64,000 bases of DNA from the human T2T-CHM13v2.0 reference genome, Homo sapiens. This document shows, one piece after another, positions 1 to 21,997 of the stretch. The notes under the pieces were generated by a model that worked only from the letters and a program-made list of their open reading frames with translations, did no database searches and was not told where the DNA came from. Each line of letters starts with the position of its first letter. Positions within the stretch are counted from its first letter, which is position 1. The stretch lies in NCBI RefSeq assembly GCF_009914755.1, contig NC_060934.1. One strand, given 5' to 3'. Both the position numbers and the translations under genes were made by a program.

Positions 1-710
1 CAGGACACGCCCTGGCCCTTCCCCGAACTCCCACCCCACAGCTGGGATCAAGGTCCCGGCCCTGCCCGGAACACCTCACCCCACACCCGGGACCCAGGCC
101 CCGGCCCTGCCCCGAACTCCCACCCCACACCCGGGACCAAGGCCCCGGCCCTGCCCCGAACCCCTCACCCCACCCCCGGGACCAAGGCCCCGGCCCTGCC
201 CAGAACTCCCACCCCACACCCGGGACCAAGGCCCCGGCCCTGCCCAGAACTCCCACCCCACACCCGGGACCAAGGCCCCGGCCCTGCCCCGAAGGCCCCA
301 CCGGGGACCCAGGCCCCGGCCCTGCCCCAAACTCCCACCCCACACCCGGGACCAAGGCCCCGGCCCTGCCCCGAACGCCCCACCCGGGACCCAGGCCCCG
401 GCCCTGCCCCAAACTCCCACCCCACACCCGGGACCAAGGCCCCGGCACTGCCCCGAACGCCCCACCAGGGACCCAGGCCCCAGCCCTGTCCCGAACTCCC
501 GCCCCACACCTGAGACGAAGGTCCCGGCCCCGAAGTCCCAACCCCACACCCGGGACCAAGGCCCCGGCACTGCCCCGAACCCCCGCCCCACACCCCTAAC
601 CAAGGCCTCGGCTCAGCCCCGGAATCCCCAACCCCACACCTGGGATCAAGGCCCCGGCCCTTCCCCAAACCCCCAACCCACACCCGGGACCAAAAGGCCC
701 CGGCCCCACG
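1..710. repeat. GC-rich 44-bp minisatellite with shorter variant units, about 16 copies
   Basis: Unit accccacacccgggaccaaggccccggccctgcccagaactccc recurs at 211 and 255 (period 44). Confidence 0.92.
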
Positions 711-830
711 TTTCCTAGAGGCGCTGGGTTCGGGCCCACGTTGCAACGAGTCAGATGCTCTTGGTAGCTCAGGGAGGTGTTCACACTCCTGCCGTTTCCG
801 TGAGGATGGTGACGACTCCGAACTATAGCA
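1..830. promoter_or_regulatory. CpG-rich flank, probably the edge of the LARP4B / divergent-transcript promoter
   Basis: High GC and CpG with CACCC boxes; the LARP4B assignment is from recalled gene order only. Confidence 0.45.
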
Positions 831-1574
831 GCATACTCTACCTACCCCTGATCAGTTTATGGAAGAAAAGGAAACCAAACAAAGTATGTTGCGTTTCCCT
901 TAAGCTTGCTGCCTGATTTTCTGGTTTCTGCTCTGATTGGCTACATATACACATATTATCAATTATTCCAAATTTTAGGTTTGTTCCCCCATTAAAACGG
1001 CTTTTCAGGGATACCATATTCATGGTTAACCGTGTACCTGTGCTTACAACTGCTTTTTTAATTTTGTTTTTTGATACAGGGTCTTGCTCTATGCAGGTCT
1101 GCACTCTGAGCTCAGAGTGCTGTCTCGGGCCCCCAAAATCTGGGATTAGAGATGGGAGCCGGTGTACCCAGCCTGTGCTTATAATTTTTCGTACTCAGCG
1201 TTCAAATGCTGACAATTCTGCATTTTGGAAGAAAGCCTCTCCGGCTTCCCATAGTGGGTAGACTGTTGACATCAAGGTTGGGTGCCTTCTTTGTGAAACC
1301 TTGTTGCATCCTAGCTTTAAGGGAATTTGCAAGTTAAATAATTATATTCATAGTAATGTTTTTAAAGAACATTTAACGACATAAGACACATTTCCTTTAA
1401 TATTAAAAGCATGTACATATTTCAGAAAACTTGCTTACCTGGACAACCTGCCCTGACCAGTAGGCCATAGTGTCCTTGCTTAGGTGCCTGGTTCCTTTAC
1501 CTCCACGGATAACCTACAGGAGCTTACTCTTGGTTCATAACATTGCTAGGGCCATTGATGTGGTATAAGTCTAG

Positions 1575-1898
<324 letters not shown>

Positions 1899-1981
1899 TG
1901 GTAGGTTAAACTTCAATCTTTTTTGTCTATGTCTACATTCCAGCAGACATCTATGTCTTACCTATTACAAAAGAAAGTAAT

Positions 1982-2290
1982 GGGATGGGTTCAGTGGCTC
2001 ATGCCTGTAATCCCAGCACTTTAGGAGGCCAAGGCAGGCAGATCGCCCAAGGCCAAGAGTTCAAGACCAGTCTGGGCAATATGTCAAAGCCCCATTTCTT
2101 TAAAAAATTATACAAAAGTAGCCGGGCATGTGGTGCATGGCTGTGGTTCCAGCTACTCAGGAGGCTGAGGTGGGAGGATCGCTTGAGGTTGAGGCTGCAG
2201 TGAGCTGTGATTGTGCCACCGCATTCCAGCCTGGGTGACAGAGCGAGACCCTGTCTCAAAAAAAGAAAAAGAAAAAAACTAAAACTAAAA
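1982..2290 (+). mobile_element. AluJ-type
   Basis: Alu dimer with gggaggatcgcttgag and A-rich tail. Confidence 0.9.
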
Positions 2291-3375
2291 GAATTCCATC
2301 TCTTCTTTCTCTTCGTATTGTGTAATCCTTTCCAACAATCAGAACTGGGCTTTTTGTTCCCTCATGATCTTCTTTTTTTCAAACCTGTGTCTCAGAAGAA
2401 ACATCCATTTTCACCTTGAGATGTGAGGTTATAACATGAAATACATTTTCATGGCATCTCTCCTTAGACAAGATCAGTTTTTTAAAACTTTAGTATAAAT
2501 TTCTCAAACCATGATCAGATACACTCCCTCATTTCCCATGTCAAGTGGTTACAAATTCTGTCAATCCTACCTAAAAACTCTTTCCTTCTCCCCGTCCCCC
2601 CAGTGGTTTTGCCGTTGTTACTGCTCACCTGGTTTGATTCAGTGGCGTCGCGGTTGGTCTCTGCTACAGTCCATTACTCACAGTGCCAGCACATGTTTCC
2701 TTAAAAAGCTTCATCACCATCCTCCTGCAATGCGACCTTCACCGGCTCCCCGTTGCCTGCCCAGGAGGATAAAGTCCAAGTTCTCCTGTGGAAAGAAGAC
2801 CCTTCACAGGCTAGTCCCAGCCTGTCTTCAGCCCAGCCCCCTGTGTTTCCTTTCCTGCCTTATCCTAAGACATCCTTACCTTCCAATCACACTCACTTTC
2901 CGAGCATTTTTGAAGGTATTGAGGGAGTTGATGAGTCTACACTTGAATAAAATACAGACTTTACACTCCAGACTGCACAGTTGACAGGTAAGTCCACAGT
3001 TCATAGTGTGGACAGTCCTATACAAAGAAATGGAGAGGTGCCCCAGCTCCAGACGCTGCGCTGCTCTGGAAGTCGAGGGCGGCATTCTTTTGGAGCCTGA
3101 GCACTTAGGTCCTAATGGATGTGAGTCCCCTGGCCTCAAATGTGCTTCCTGTACTTGGATGTCTCCTTCTGGCGGAATCTCGCTTATTTTTCAAGTTACA
3201 GCCCAAATGTCAACCACTGAAGTGTTTTAGACAGTTGATTTTCCTTCTGGGCCCTATTATTAGCACTTGTTTGTAGCTCTGTTGAGCTACATCACATCAT
3301 ACAATTTTCAGCTGACACTACTGTCATCCCAAAGAAATGGTCAGGCCTCAAGGGCAGAGGCAGCGAGGGCAGTGA

Positions 3376-6830
<3,455 letters not shown>

Positions 6831-7607
6831 TAGTAATGAGATGAAGGATTTTAATTCGTCATAGACATTCCATGACAGCGTATGGCTCAAAAAGCAGTCA
6901 GAGAGGACTCCACCCTTCCTGGCTGTAGGAAAGAGCTCTGGGTCTCCCAGCCTGGGAAGCCAGGGAGGCTGCAGTGGAGTTGAATGAAGGAGTCCCGCTC
7001 AGGCGAGGAGGGTGCAGGCTTGGCGGGAGGGGATGGCACAGGAGGGAGCAGCCAGGGATGAAGGAACCGCAAGGGTGAGGCCTGTTAGGAGGTTTAGGGT
7101 CTGCAGGAACATGTAATTTTGGAAAGACCCTCTCTAGGGGGAGATGAGAAACTCTGCTGTGATGTATTTTATAACTCTCTAGGGCTACAGCCTTTGCAGA
7201 AGCCCACATTAAAGGCCTAGGCTGCCCTGAAACGGCTTCCTGAAGTTGGATGTGTGTTTCCTTTGAAACTAACACCACTCTGGCCTAAGATGTCTGGGAC
7301 TGCAGCTTGTATTCATGTGATTTCTTGCAGAAATCTGCTGGGGTGTTTAACCTACACAGCACCCGTCTACACATAGGCATAAAATTATCTTCTAGGCCTG
7401 AGAAAAGGCTGCACTTGCACCTTGATGACTTGCCTGGCCTTAGCACTCATAAAGAAGAGGAATGAGTTGATGAGACATGAGATTTGGGAAAGACTCCCCA
7501 GTTGAGGATTGGATGTTTCAGGAAGAGGCTGAGAACCAGACTTCATAAGCACCTGGAGAACTGGCAAAGTGGACATTGTTTTTAATCCAACATATATGGA
7601 GACTTGA

Positions 7608-8619
<1,012 letters not shown>

Positions 8620-9590
8620 GTGAGAAGCAGAGGTTGACCTAAACACTGCAGAGAATGTTGGATGGAAAGTTGGGACTTAAAATCTTGATTTGGCAAAATC
8701 ACAGACTCAGCTGGAGAGGTGAGTGTTGGCCAGGACATGGGACCCACTTCCTCTAAGACGGACAGGAGCTCAGAGCCCCGGACTTCAGTTTTGTGGACGA
8801 GGAGGTCAGGTTGTTTGCTGAAGATGAGGGTGGACCGATAGGGTGGAGAAACAATGGGGTCTGTAAAAATGCTTGAGGCAGGTGCTTGGAGGAGGACGGA
8901 CATTTGCCAGTGTCCACTTCATTGCCCACTCCCACCTGTGGGTGCTGGGGACTCAGCCTGCTCTTCCTCCTCTTCAGAGTTGTCACCTATTGTGTTCATG
9001 GAAGTCCTTCTCCAACCCCCATTTAAGACCAGCTAATCAGGGAGAGTCCCAATTCCCCATGAGCTTACTTTGTTTTGTTTGTTTGTTTGTTTGTTTGTTT
9101 TGAAACGGAGTTTCACTCTTGTCGCCCAGGCTGGAGTGCAGTGGCATGATCTCGGCTCACTGCAACCTCTGCTCCTGGGTTCAAGCGATTCTCCTTCCTC
9201 AGCCTCCTGAGTAGCTGGGATTACAGGCGCCTGCCACCATGCCTGGCTAATTTTTGTATTTTTGGTAGAGATGGGCGGGGGGGGTCTCACCATGTTGGCC
9301 AGTCTAGTCTTGAACTCCTAACCTCAGGTGATCCGCCCGCCTTGGCCTCCCAAGTGCTGGGATTACAGGCGCGAGCCACTGCACCCGGCCTGATCTTGCT
9401 TTTTAAGCGATTGCAATTCCACCTGGTGCTATGGTGATCTGGTGTTCCATGGCCTGTTTACCAGAAGAGCAATGCTTTTGTTGTGCTATATTGTTATTTC
9501 AGTTATTTTTTTATTTTTTATTTTTTGTCTTTTTTTGTTTGTTTGTTTTGTTTTGTTTTGTTTGAGACAGGGCCTCAGCCTGTCACCTAG

Positions 9591-9758
<168 letters not shown>

Positions 9759-9956
9759 TAGAGAAGTATACATTGGTTGAAATTTTGAGGTGAACAAATG
9801 TGCCACTGTTCAGAAACATTCTAATCACATTCTCCACTGTTCGAAATTCCCCAAGGTATCTATTTTTGCCTTAATTTATATTCCCTATGTTAAGAAGGGC
9901 ATTTGAGCACATTTTCATGTTTGTTAGCTATTTCTATTTTTCCCTTGCCTGTTTAG

Positions 9957-10009
9957 ATCTAGATTTATTACAAGAAGTCCATGATGGAGACAGCTCAGGA
10001 ATGGAAGAG
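9957..10009 (+). pseudogene. Candidate fossil exon (DLDLLQEVHDGDSSGMEE)
   Basis: Long pyrimidine tract plus tttag|, donor GAG|GTGAGA; DGDSSG loop. Confidence 0.55.
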
Positions 10010-10217
10010 GTGAGAAATAATTCTGTCAAAGAATATGGGGGTGTTGTAGGGAACCGGAAGATGAGGGCAGAGAAGGGATTGAAGCTGCCTGATTGCGTGA
10101 CCTTCCCAGGATCCCGATCCCTCACTGGTTCCAACACCAGATTCCATGTTCCTCCTCTCCCCTAAGTTTTTTCTCCGGAGTCAGATGCATTTCCCTAAAA
10201 TAATTTATTTTAACCAG

Positions 10218-10370
10218 GATCTTCTTTTACGAATGTCCTATTTGCACAGACTCAAGCCCAAAGATCAGAAGAACCTCTGTCCTGGAAGTCGGTTCTCTTT
10301 CCAATGGAACAGCCTCTGCAAAGTGTACCACACGATGAGTTAATATATCTCACTTTTAGAAAGAAAGATA
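10218..10370 (+). pseudogene. Candidate fossil exon (DLLLRMSYLHRLKPKDQKNL / FPMEQPLQSVPHDELIY)
   Basis: Acceptor ttttaaccag|, in phase with the previous candidate exon; 3' end approximate. Confidence 0.5.
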
Positions 10371-10695
10371 CTGATATGCCACTGATGTGGTTTGGATGTG
10401 CGTCCCTCCACCCCCACCCACAGTCCCATGCTAGAAGTGTCACTCATATTCAGCTTTGAATCAGTGGGGAACCCATACAGGAAGATCATAATAAATATGG
10501 AAAATTCTGATAATTTTGTGATTCCATGAGATAAGAAAAGAACTTCCCTCTCCTGGAAATCTCACTCTGAGGGGAGCCAGCTGACATATCTTAGGCCTCC
10601 CTGCACCCCTGGGAGAGGCCCACATGGAGAGGAGCCCACAGCCAAGGAGGCCTTTTGGAACTGGGCCCTCCAGCCTCACTCCAGCTTTCAGATGA

Positions 10696-11155
<460 letters not shown>

Positions 11156-12871
11156 TGAACATAGCAGGAGGATGACCTGGGGCCAGGGTTTTTTGTTGTG
11201 TTTCATTTTGTCTTTTCGAGACAGGGCCTCACTCTGTCACCCAGGCGGGAGTGCAGTGGTGCGATCATGGCTCACGGCAGCCTCAACCTCCTGGGCCCAG
11301 ATGATCCTCCCACCTCATCCTTTTGAGTAGCTGGGACCACAGGCATGTGCCACCACATAGGGTCAGTTTTCAGCCTCCATTCTGAGTGGTTATGATTTCT
11401 GTTGAATTCTTTTTCCAAGAGGTGATTGGGTGAGCTAAGACTGACATTATAAAGTATTTTTAAAACAAGGTTGTGAAGGAAGCAGTGAGCGGCGAGGGTG
11501 ATGGAGTGGAGGGAAGGTGCAGGGGGGCCCAGGTCAGGAGGGCCCGGGTCGGGAGGGCCCGGGGAGTGCAGCGGCATTTCCGGGGTAATTGTGTCTACTT
11601 CGCAGCTTTCTTGGTGGTGTCCACGTAAGCTCCACAACATCAGAGCCGCTGCTTTATCCCCAGCACCTGATACAGGCACCATTGAAGCTCACTGCAGCCT
11701 CAGCGGGATGGGTGCCTTACAGCCCTACAGGGCTGCAGAAAATACGGAAGAACATGAATAGCATGATTCAAAAAGAAAAAGCGGTCTTACTGGTGCATAA
11801 CAAAGGGAATTAGGAAGAAATGAACCAAAGACACCTTGAATTTTGAGGTCAGACTTGTCTGTTTCTTTAGAATTCGTGGTAAAGTACTGAACATTGGCTG
11901 CATAAATTATTTACATACTTGTCACGGTGTAGCCGAGGACTAAAACTTCAACATTCACCTGCTACCAACCTCCGAACAGTGGCTGTGTTTGTATCAAGTT
12001 ACCTGAATGGTAGGTGGGGAAGTCCAAATATTCCTAGTAAGACAATTGCATTCAAGGCCTGGCTGGTGAAACCTGTTTCCTGGGAAGGTAGTTAGTTGGT
12101 TTTCACCACAGGGAGAACCTGGACATCATTCAACATCATCAGCCTGGGATATGGCTCCCAGAAGAGGTTGGAGGGGGGATCTTGGAGCTGGCAGATTTGG
12201 GTTTGCATGTCAACCCCCAGCTCGCCCCTGCCCTGTCACCCCCAAGTCTCTGCTTCCCCATCTGCATGGGGACTGACCTCGCGTTGCAATGCTGCTGTAG
12301 GTATGAAGAAACAGCATAGCCTATGTGCCTGCCACTCAGCCAGCGCTGGGGAAACAGCACTCCTTTCCTGCCAGCGCCAGTGCCAGGGCAAACTCCAGCT
12401 GTGGGCATCTGCTGTCAGCCCCACGCGTGTCTGGGCGTTGCCCCCGCCCTGCCTTGGTGTCTGCCCGTGACTCACTTTTCCTGCTGCCTTCAGCTTTGAG
12501 TTCCTGTTTCCCATCTTGAAGTCCTGGCCCTAAGTTCTAGTTTCTGTTTCTGGTGTTCTTTGATTTCTAATTAAATCCAGTCCCTAAATGGTTGGCTCAA
12601 GTCGGCGTCTAAAGGCGATTCTCTGACACTGTGAATCTCAGGAGTGCATTACAGTCCAAGTCGTACTTAGAATTAGTGGCCAGTAAATTGCTGATAGTCT
12701 TTAACAAATGTTAGCAATTTGGAATTCAAGAAGTGCTTGTTGATACTTGTGTTTATGGATTTTAAAATGTTTCCAATTTTTTACGTATTACAAAAAATAT
12801 AAGCATAGATTGTAACCACGTTTATAATTCATATTTTATAAATGTATTTTTAAAAATAAAGACATTTTTAA

Positions 12872-13810
<939 letters not shown>

Positions 13811-14640
13811 CTTGTACCCCATGCAGCGGTGTGTCTATGAGCCTTCTTTACATCTTGAATTGAAGTCAACTTACAGCCAGGAAAAACTCAATTACAACAG
13901 GATAAATCCCGGAAAAAAGGTCTCTCTATGGATATCATTTGCTGCCACTTCTTCACATTTATCGTTTTTTGGTTGATACCACATCACAGAATACTGAAAA
14001 TCCACTATCAAACATAAAAATGACCTTTTAAACATTTTGCATTCTGTCTGAAAATTTCTGGGGAGGCCTTTACACCCCTTTCCTTCTGTGGGAAACTTTC
14101 TAGGAGCTGAAGTTTCTATGCCAATTACATCAGCTGCCTCTAAAGCGAAAATACAAAGATTCTTAAATTGTCTGATTAGGGATAATTGTGATTTTTAAAG
14201 TGACATTTATCCAAAAGGATGTAGAAAGGTAAGCAAGTTACTTTCCTGATTCACTTTTAGGTTGGTTAGAGTGGCAGTTTCTGTTTCTCCAGTTATGAAA
14301 GAATCTCATAGGGTTAGGGAATAGGCCTTTCCTTTAAACTTTGTCTTGTAATTCAGTGTGGTAACATGACCGGGGTTGGGGGACCCCTCTCTCTCTCTAA
14401 ATTTTGGCAAGTTATTTAACCTCCTTGGGGCTTGTTCCTTCCATTTGTTGAATGAAATACTGAACTAGAAACTATTCTGTGACTGAACAGAGCAGTTATA
14501 TCAATTTTTTTTATCTTACAAGTTCACCTCCCTCCTCTTCCTTGCCACCCTCCCTCTTTGTGGAAAACATTCAGTGAAGAGAACTTAAGTCAAAGGTGCC
14601 TGGCCATGAGAACTTCCATACTTTTGACTCTGAAACACCA

Positions 14641-15691
<1,051 letters not shown>

Positions 15692-15974
15692 AATGAAATG
15701 TTTTTTAAATTAACAAATCAAACAAAAGTGGCTGAAAACTTACCACGCTGAAACTGCTGGCAGTGTGATAGTGGACCTGAGACCTGAGGAGGGCAGCACG
15801 GGAGACCCCCAAGAGTGAGGTCCTCCTGCCTGGAGCTGCGCCGACTGCCCACCGCCCACCACCCACCACCGAGATTCCTGCGCTGCTCCCTGCTGATGGG
15901 GCCCAAGGCATGCATTCATTCAGCTCACACACGGTCAAAGACCAAGCTCCAAATACAAAGCCACGCTGCCTGGT

Positions 15975-18900
15975 TTTTAAAATTAAACTGTTAATTTTGA
16001 GATAATTGTAGCTTCATATGCATTTGTAAGGAATAATACAGAGAGGTCTTGTGTATTGTATCTGGAGTACAGTGACCTGATCTCGGCTCCCTGCAACCTC
16101 CGCCTCAAAGGTTCAAGCGATTCTCCTGCCTTAGCCTCCCAAGTAGCTGGGATTACAGGTGCCCACCACCACAACTGACTAATTTTTGGCATTTTTAGTA
16201 GAGACAGGGTTTCACCATGTTGGTCAGGCAGGTCTCGAACTCCTGACCTTAGGTGATCCACCCACCTGGGCCTCCCAAGTGCCGGGATTACAGGCGTGAG
16301 CCCCCGCGCCCGGCCTCAGTGGTCGCGTCTTGCACAACTGGGGGACAATATCAGGATCCTGACTTGTGGCCCAGGCACAGACGTCCACCCCCACAGGACC
16401 TTCTGCTCCCTTTAAAGCCACAGAACTTCCCTCCCATCCCTGCCTCCTTCTCAGCCCTGGTAAGGCCTCCATTGCTGTACTTGGATCATTTCAAGAATGT
16501 TCTATAAATGGAATCTCATGGTGTACCACCTTTTGGTCTGGACTCCCTTCACCAGGGCCACTCTGAAGGTTTGTTCAGGCCATGGTGTGTGTGCCCATAG
16601 CTCGTTCCTTTTCACTGCAGAGTATACTCCATAGTGTGGGTTATGTCGTCTGCTTAACCACACACCGGTTCAAGGCCATCTCGGTAGCTTCCAGTTTTTG
16701 ACCATGATGAATAAAGCTACTACGAACAGCTGTGTACCAGTTGTCATGTGAACGTCAGTCTTCGTTTTCTCCGGGATGAACACCCTGGCCCGAAGTTGCC
16801 AGGTCCGACAGTGGTTGCATGTTTAGTTTGTTAAGAAACTGCCAACCCGTTTTCCAGGTGGCTGTACCATCTTACATCCCACCAGCCCCGAGTGAGTGAA
16901 TGATCTCCAACCCATTTCCCAGGCGGCTCTACCATCTAACATCCCACCAGCCCCACGTGAGTGAGTGATCTCCAACCCGTTTTCCAGGCAGCTGTACCAT
17001 CTTACATCCCACCAGCCCCGCGTGAGTGAGTGATCTCCAACCCGTTTTCCAGGCAGCTGTACCATCTTACATCCCACCAGCCCCGCGTGAGTGAGTGATC
17101 TCCAACCCGTTTTCCAGGCGGCTGTACCATCTTACATCCCACCAGCCCCGTGTGAGTGAGTGATCTCCAAGTTGTTTTCCAGGTGGCTGTACCATCTTAC
17201 ATCCCACCAGTCCCACATGAGTGATCTCCAACCTGTTTTCCAGGCAGCTGTACCATCTTACATCCCACGAGCCCCAGGTGAGTGACCTCCAACCCGTTTT
17301 CCAGGCAGCTGTACCATCTTACATCCCACCAGCCCCGGGTGAGTGATCTGCTCTCCCCGTCCTCACCCACGTGCCGCTGCATCACTCTGTTATTTTCAGC
17401 CATGTGGATAGATGTGCAGGGCTGTCTTGTTGTTGTTTTAATTTGCATTTCCCTAAGGGCCCACTATGTTCGGTGTCATTCTCTCGGACATCTCTTCTTG
17501 TGCTTATTTGCCATTCGTATCCTCTTTGGTGAAATGTTTTTTCCTGTCTTTTGCTGATTTTTCTAACTGGACTGCACTTTTTTTTTCTTTTTTTGACACA
17601 GGGTTTCACTGTATTGTCGAGGCTGCAGTGCAGTGGTGCGATAACAGCTCTCTGCAGCCTCAGCCTTCCAGGTAGCTGGGACTACAGGTGCGTGCCACCA
17701 CGCCCAGCTAATGTTTGTTTTTTCTGTATAGTTGAGGTTTTGCCATGTTGCCCACGCTGGTCTTGACCTCCTGGGCTCAAGCAATCCACCCTCCTTGGCC
17801 TTCCACAGTGCTTGGATTACAGGCGTGAGCCACTGTGCCTGGCCTTAGCTTTTTTTTTTAACCATTGAGTTTTGAGAGTTCTTTGTATATTTGAGGCACT
17901 AATCTGTGTTGGATATGTAGTCTGAATATATTCAGAATATTTTCTCTCAGTTTGTAGCTTGTCTTTTCATCTTCTTAACATAGCCTTTTGCGGAGCAAAA
18001 GTTTTTATTTTTTGTGAAGTCCAATTTTTCTATTTTTCCTTTTATATATTGTGATGCTGGTAAGCAATCTTATATATTATCATGCTGGTAAGAAATCATT
18101 TCTTAGTCTTCAATCCCAAAGATTTTCTCTGTTTATTTTCTAAAAGGTTGATAGTTTTGCATTTTACATTTAAGTCTGTGATCCATTTTGAAATCAGGTA
18201 GATTGAGTCCATCACTTTATTCCTTTTCAAAATTGCTTTAGCTACTCTCATTCCTTTGTCTGTACATAGAGATTTTAGAAAAATCTTCTCTATGTCTGCA
18301 TGACATTTGCTGGCATTTCAATAGGAATTGCATTAAATCTATATATCATTTTGGGAAAAATGATATTTTTGCTATAATGAGTCTTCCAATCGATGAACAC
18401 CCTGCGTCTCTCTCTTTATTTAGGCTTTCTTTGATTTCTTTCACTGGCATTTTGTAGTTTTCAGCATATAGATCCTGTACATGTCTTAGATTTATACCTA
18501 AGTATTTTTTTGAGTGACTGTAAATAATATTGTATTATTCATTTTGGTATCTTTGTATTCATTACTAGTATATGGAAATATTATTGAATTTTGTATGTTT
18601 GTCATGTATCCTGTGATCCTGATGAACTCACTTGTTAGTTGTAGGAGGGTTTTTTTTTTTGAGATTCCTTGGGATTTTCTCTGTGGACAATCATGTCATC
18701 TGCAAATAGGGGACAACTTCTTTCCGTCCTTCCCGCCTGCCTGTCTGCCTTCCTTCTCTCTCAGTCTCTCTCTCCCTTCCTTCTCTCTCTCTCTCAGTCT
18801 CTCTCTCTTTCTTCTTTTCCCTTTATTTTCTGTTTTTGCCTTATTGCAATAGCTAGGACTGCTAGCACCATGTTGAATACAGTGGTGATAACAGGCATCC

Positions 18901-19030
18901 TTGCCTTGTTCCTGATCTTAGGCTGGGAGCTTCAGTCTTTTCCATTAAGTATCCTGTTAGCTGCAGGTGTTTTATAGATGTTCTTTATTAAGTTGAGGAA
19001 GCTTCCCTTTATTTCTATTTTTTAACAGTT
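15975..19030 (-). mobile_element. Old L1 (3' UTR and ORF2 end) interrupted by Alus (16062-16315, 17578-17844) and a VNTR
   Basis: T-rich antisense L1 motifs: ttttaatttgcatttccct, gtcatctgcaaat, aagttgaggaag. Confidence 0.85.
16841..17348. repeat. 65/61-bp VNTR, 8 copies, derived from L1 ORF2
   Basis: Copies start at 16841, 16906, 16971, 17036, 17101, 17166, 17227, 17288. Confidence 0.93.
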
Positions 19031-19035
19031 TTTTA

Positions 19036-19324
19036 GGCCGGGTGCCGTGGCTCATGCCTGTAATCCCAGCACTTTGGGAGGCTGAGGCAGGTGGATCACC
19101 TGAGGTCAGGAGTTCGAGACCAGCCTGGCCAATATGGTGAAACCCCATCTCTACTAAAATACAAAACTTAGCTGGGCATGGTGGTGGGTGCCTGTAATCC
19201 CAACTCGAGAGGCTGAGGCAACTAGAACCGCTTGAACCCATGAGGTAGAGGTTGCAATGAGCCGAGATCGCGCCACTGCACTCCAGCCTGGGTGACAGAG
19301 CCAGACTCTGTCTAAAAAAAAAAA
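19036..19324 (+). mobile_element. AluS
   Basis: Full dimer with tail. Confidence 0.93.
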
Positions 19325-19483
19325 GTCCACTCTGCAGAGATGGCTGAATTAAAAACAATGTCCACTTTGCCAGGAACTTCAAACAGGAAACCAAGTGGTG
19401 ACTTCAGGGACATCCAGGGTGATGTTGCATCCCAGGACGAGAAGAGGCTGCCACTAGGAGCCACAGATAGAGCTCCAGGGAGT

Positions 19484-20953
<1,470 letters not shown>

Positions 20954-21474
20954 AATGGGCCCCAGTGTGTAATTGGCAGGATTTGCTGGAAGATGTCTCC
21001 TAGGATGCGCTAGAAGCATGAAGAGACGCCGGTTGTAAGGCTTCTGCCTCAGGATGTGTAGGCTAGGCAGTCCAGCCCTCTGGAGACCACTGAAGAGGCA
21101 GCATTCAAAGTCTTCTGGAAAACATCAGAGGACTAACAGGACATGAAGAATCCCTGAGCAAGCTCCAAGGAAAGACGGGAGCTCGCTTCAGCCTGGAGGC
21201 GTTTGCTGATTCGGAGCAAGGGGAAGGCAAGGTGCAAGGCGGAGGCCAGGCCTGCCAGGCAGAGCCACATGGGTTTATCCTGGAGTCCTGTCTGTGTGTG
21301 ACATTGGCCGGGAGGGCTGCACCCTTGCTCACACCAGCAGCTGGGCAGCCTAGGAAGTCCGAGGCACGCAGGCTGGATCTCCGTGGCCTTGGGAACATGC
21401 TCATTAGTTTTTGCGCCATCTGCTGCACTTTGAGCTGCAAAGTCGAGACCACCTACAGCTTCAGCCAAAGGCCT

Positions 21475-21567
21475 GTCTTTTATGGTGGCCTGTGTCCACC
21501 AGCCCGTCTTTTATGGTGGCCTGTGTCCACCAGCCCGTCTTTTATGGTAGCCTGTGTCCACCAGCCC
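21475..21567. repeat. 31-bp tandem repeat, 3 copies
   Basis: gtcttttatggtggcctgtgtccaccagccc at 21475, 21506, 21537. Confidence 0.9.
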
Positions 21568-21997
21568 GGCTGGGGAAGGGCTCCTGCTCCAGGCCTCCTA
21601 CATGTGGACGCGGACGAAAAGGGGGCTCTAAACAACCAGTAGGAAAGAAGTGTGTGATAAGGACATCTGCGGCAGTGGTGAATGTGATGGAAAGACGGGG
21701 GTGTGAGGCAGAGCCAGGGAGGGTAGCTGGGCTCATTCAGACCGGTGGCTCAGAGAAGAGGTGCGAAAAGTTGGGCCCCGTGGAATGGGAGTCGGGACAT
21801 GGCCTTGGCTGCCTGAGGTCGGGAGGAGGACACAGCTGCTGCGTGGAGTCACGGGACCGAGAGGCCACAGAACCTAAATGGGACCCGTGGGTCTGGGGGT
21901 GCGGCCGTGAGTGGCAGCGGAGTCCTTCAGGGTACCGGCCGGGCGCATTCGCTCACTGCTGGTGCGACACATGCATGGCAGATGTCTCCTCCCCGCA

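Noticed and set aside
76-746. Gly/Pro-rich minus-strand ORFs
   Set aside because: Translations of the 44-bp GC-rich VNTR.
12065-12108. Possible pre-miRNA hairpin (tggtgaaacc...ggttttcacca)
   Set aside because: The stem is only about 10 bp with large bulges, and it matches no miRNA I recognise.
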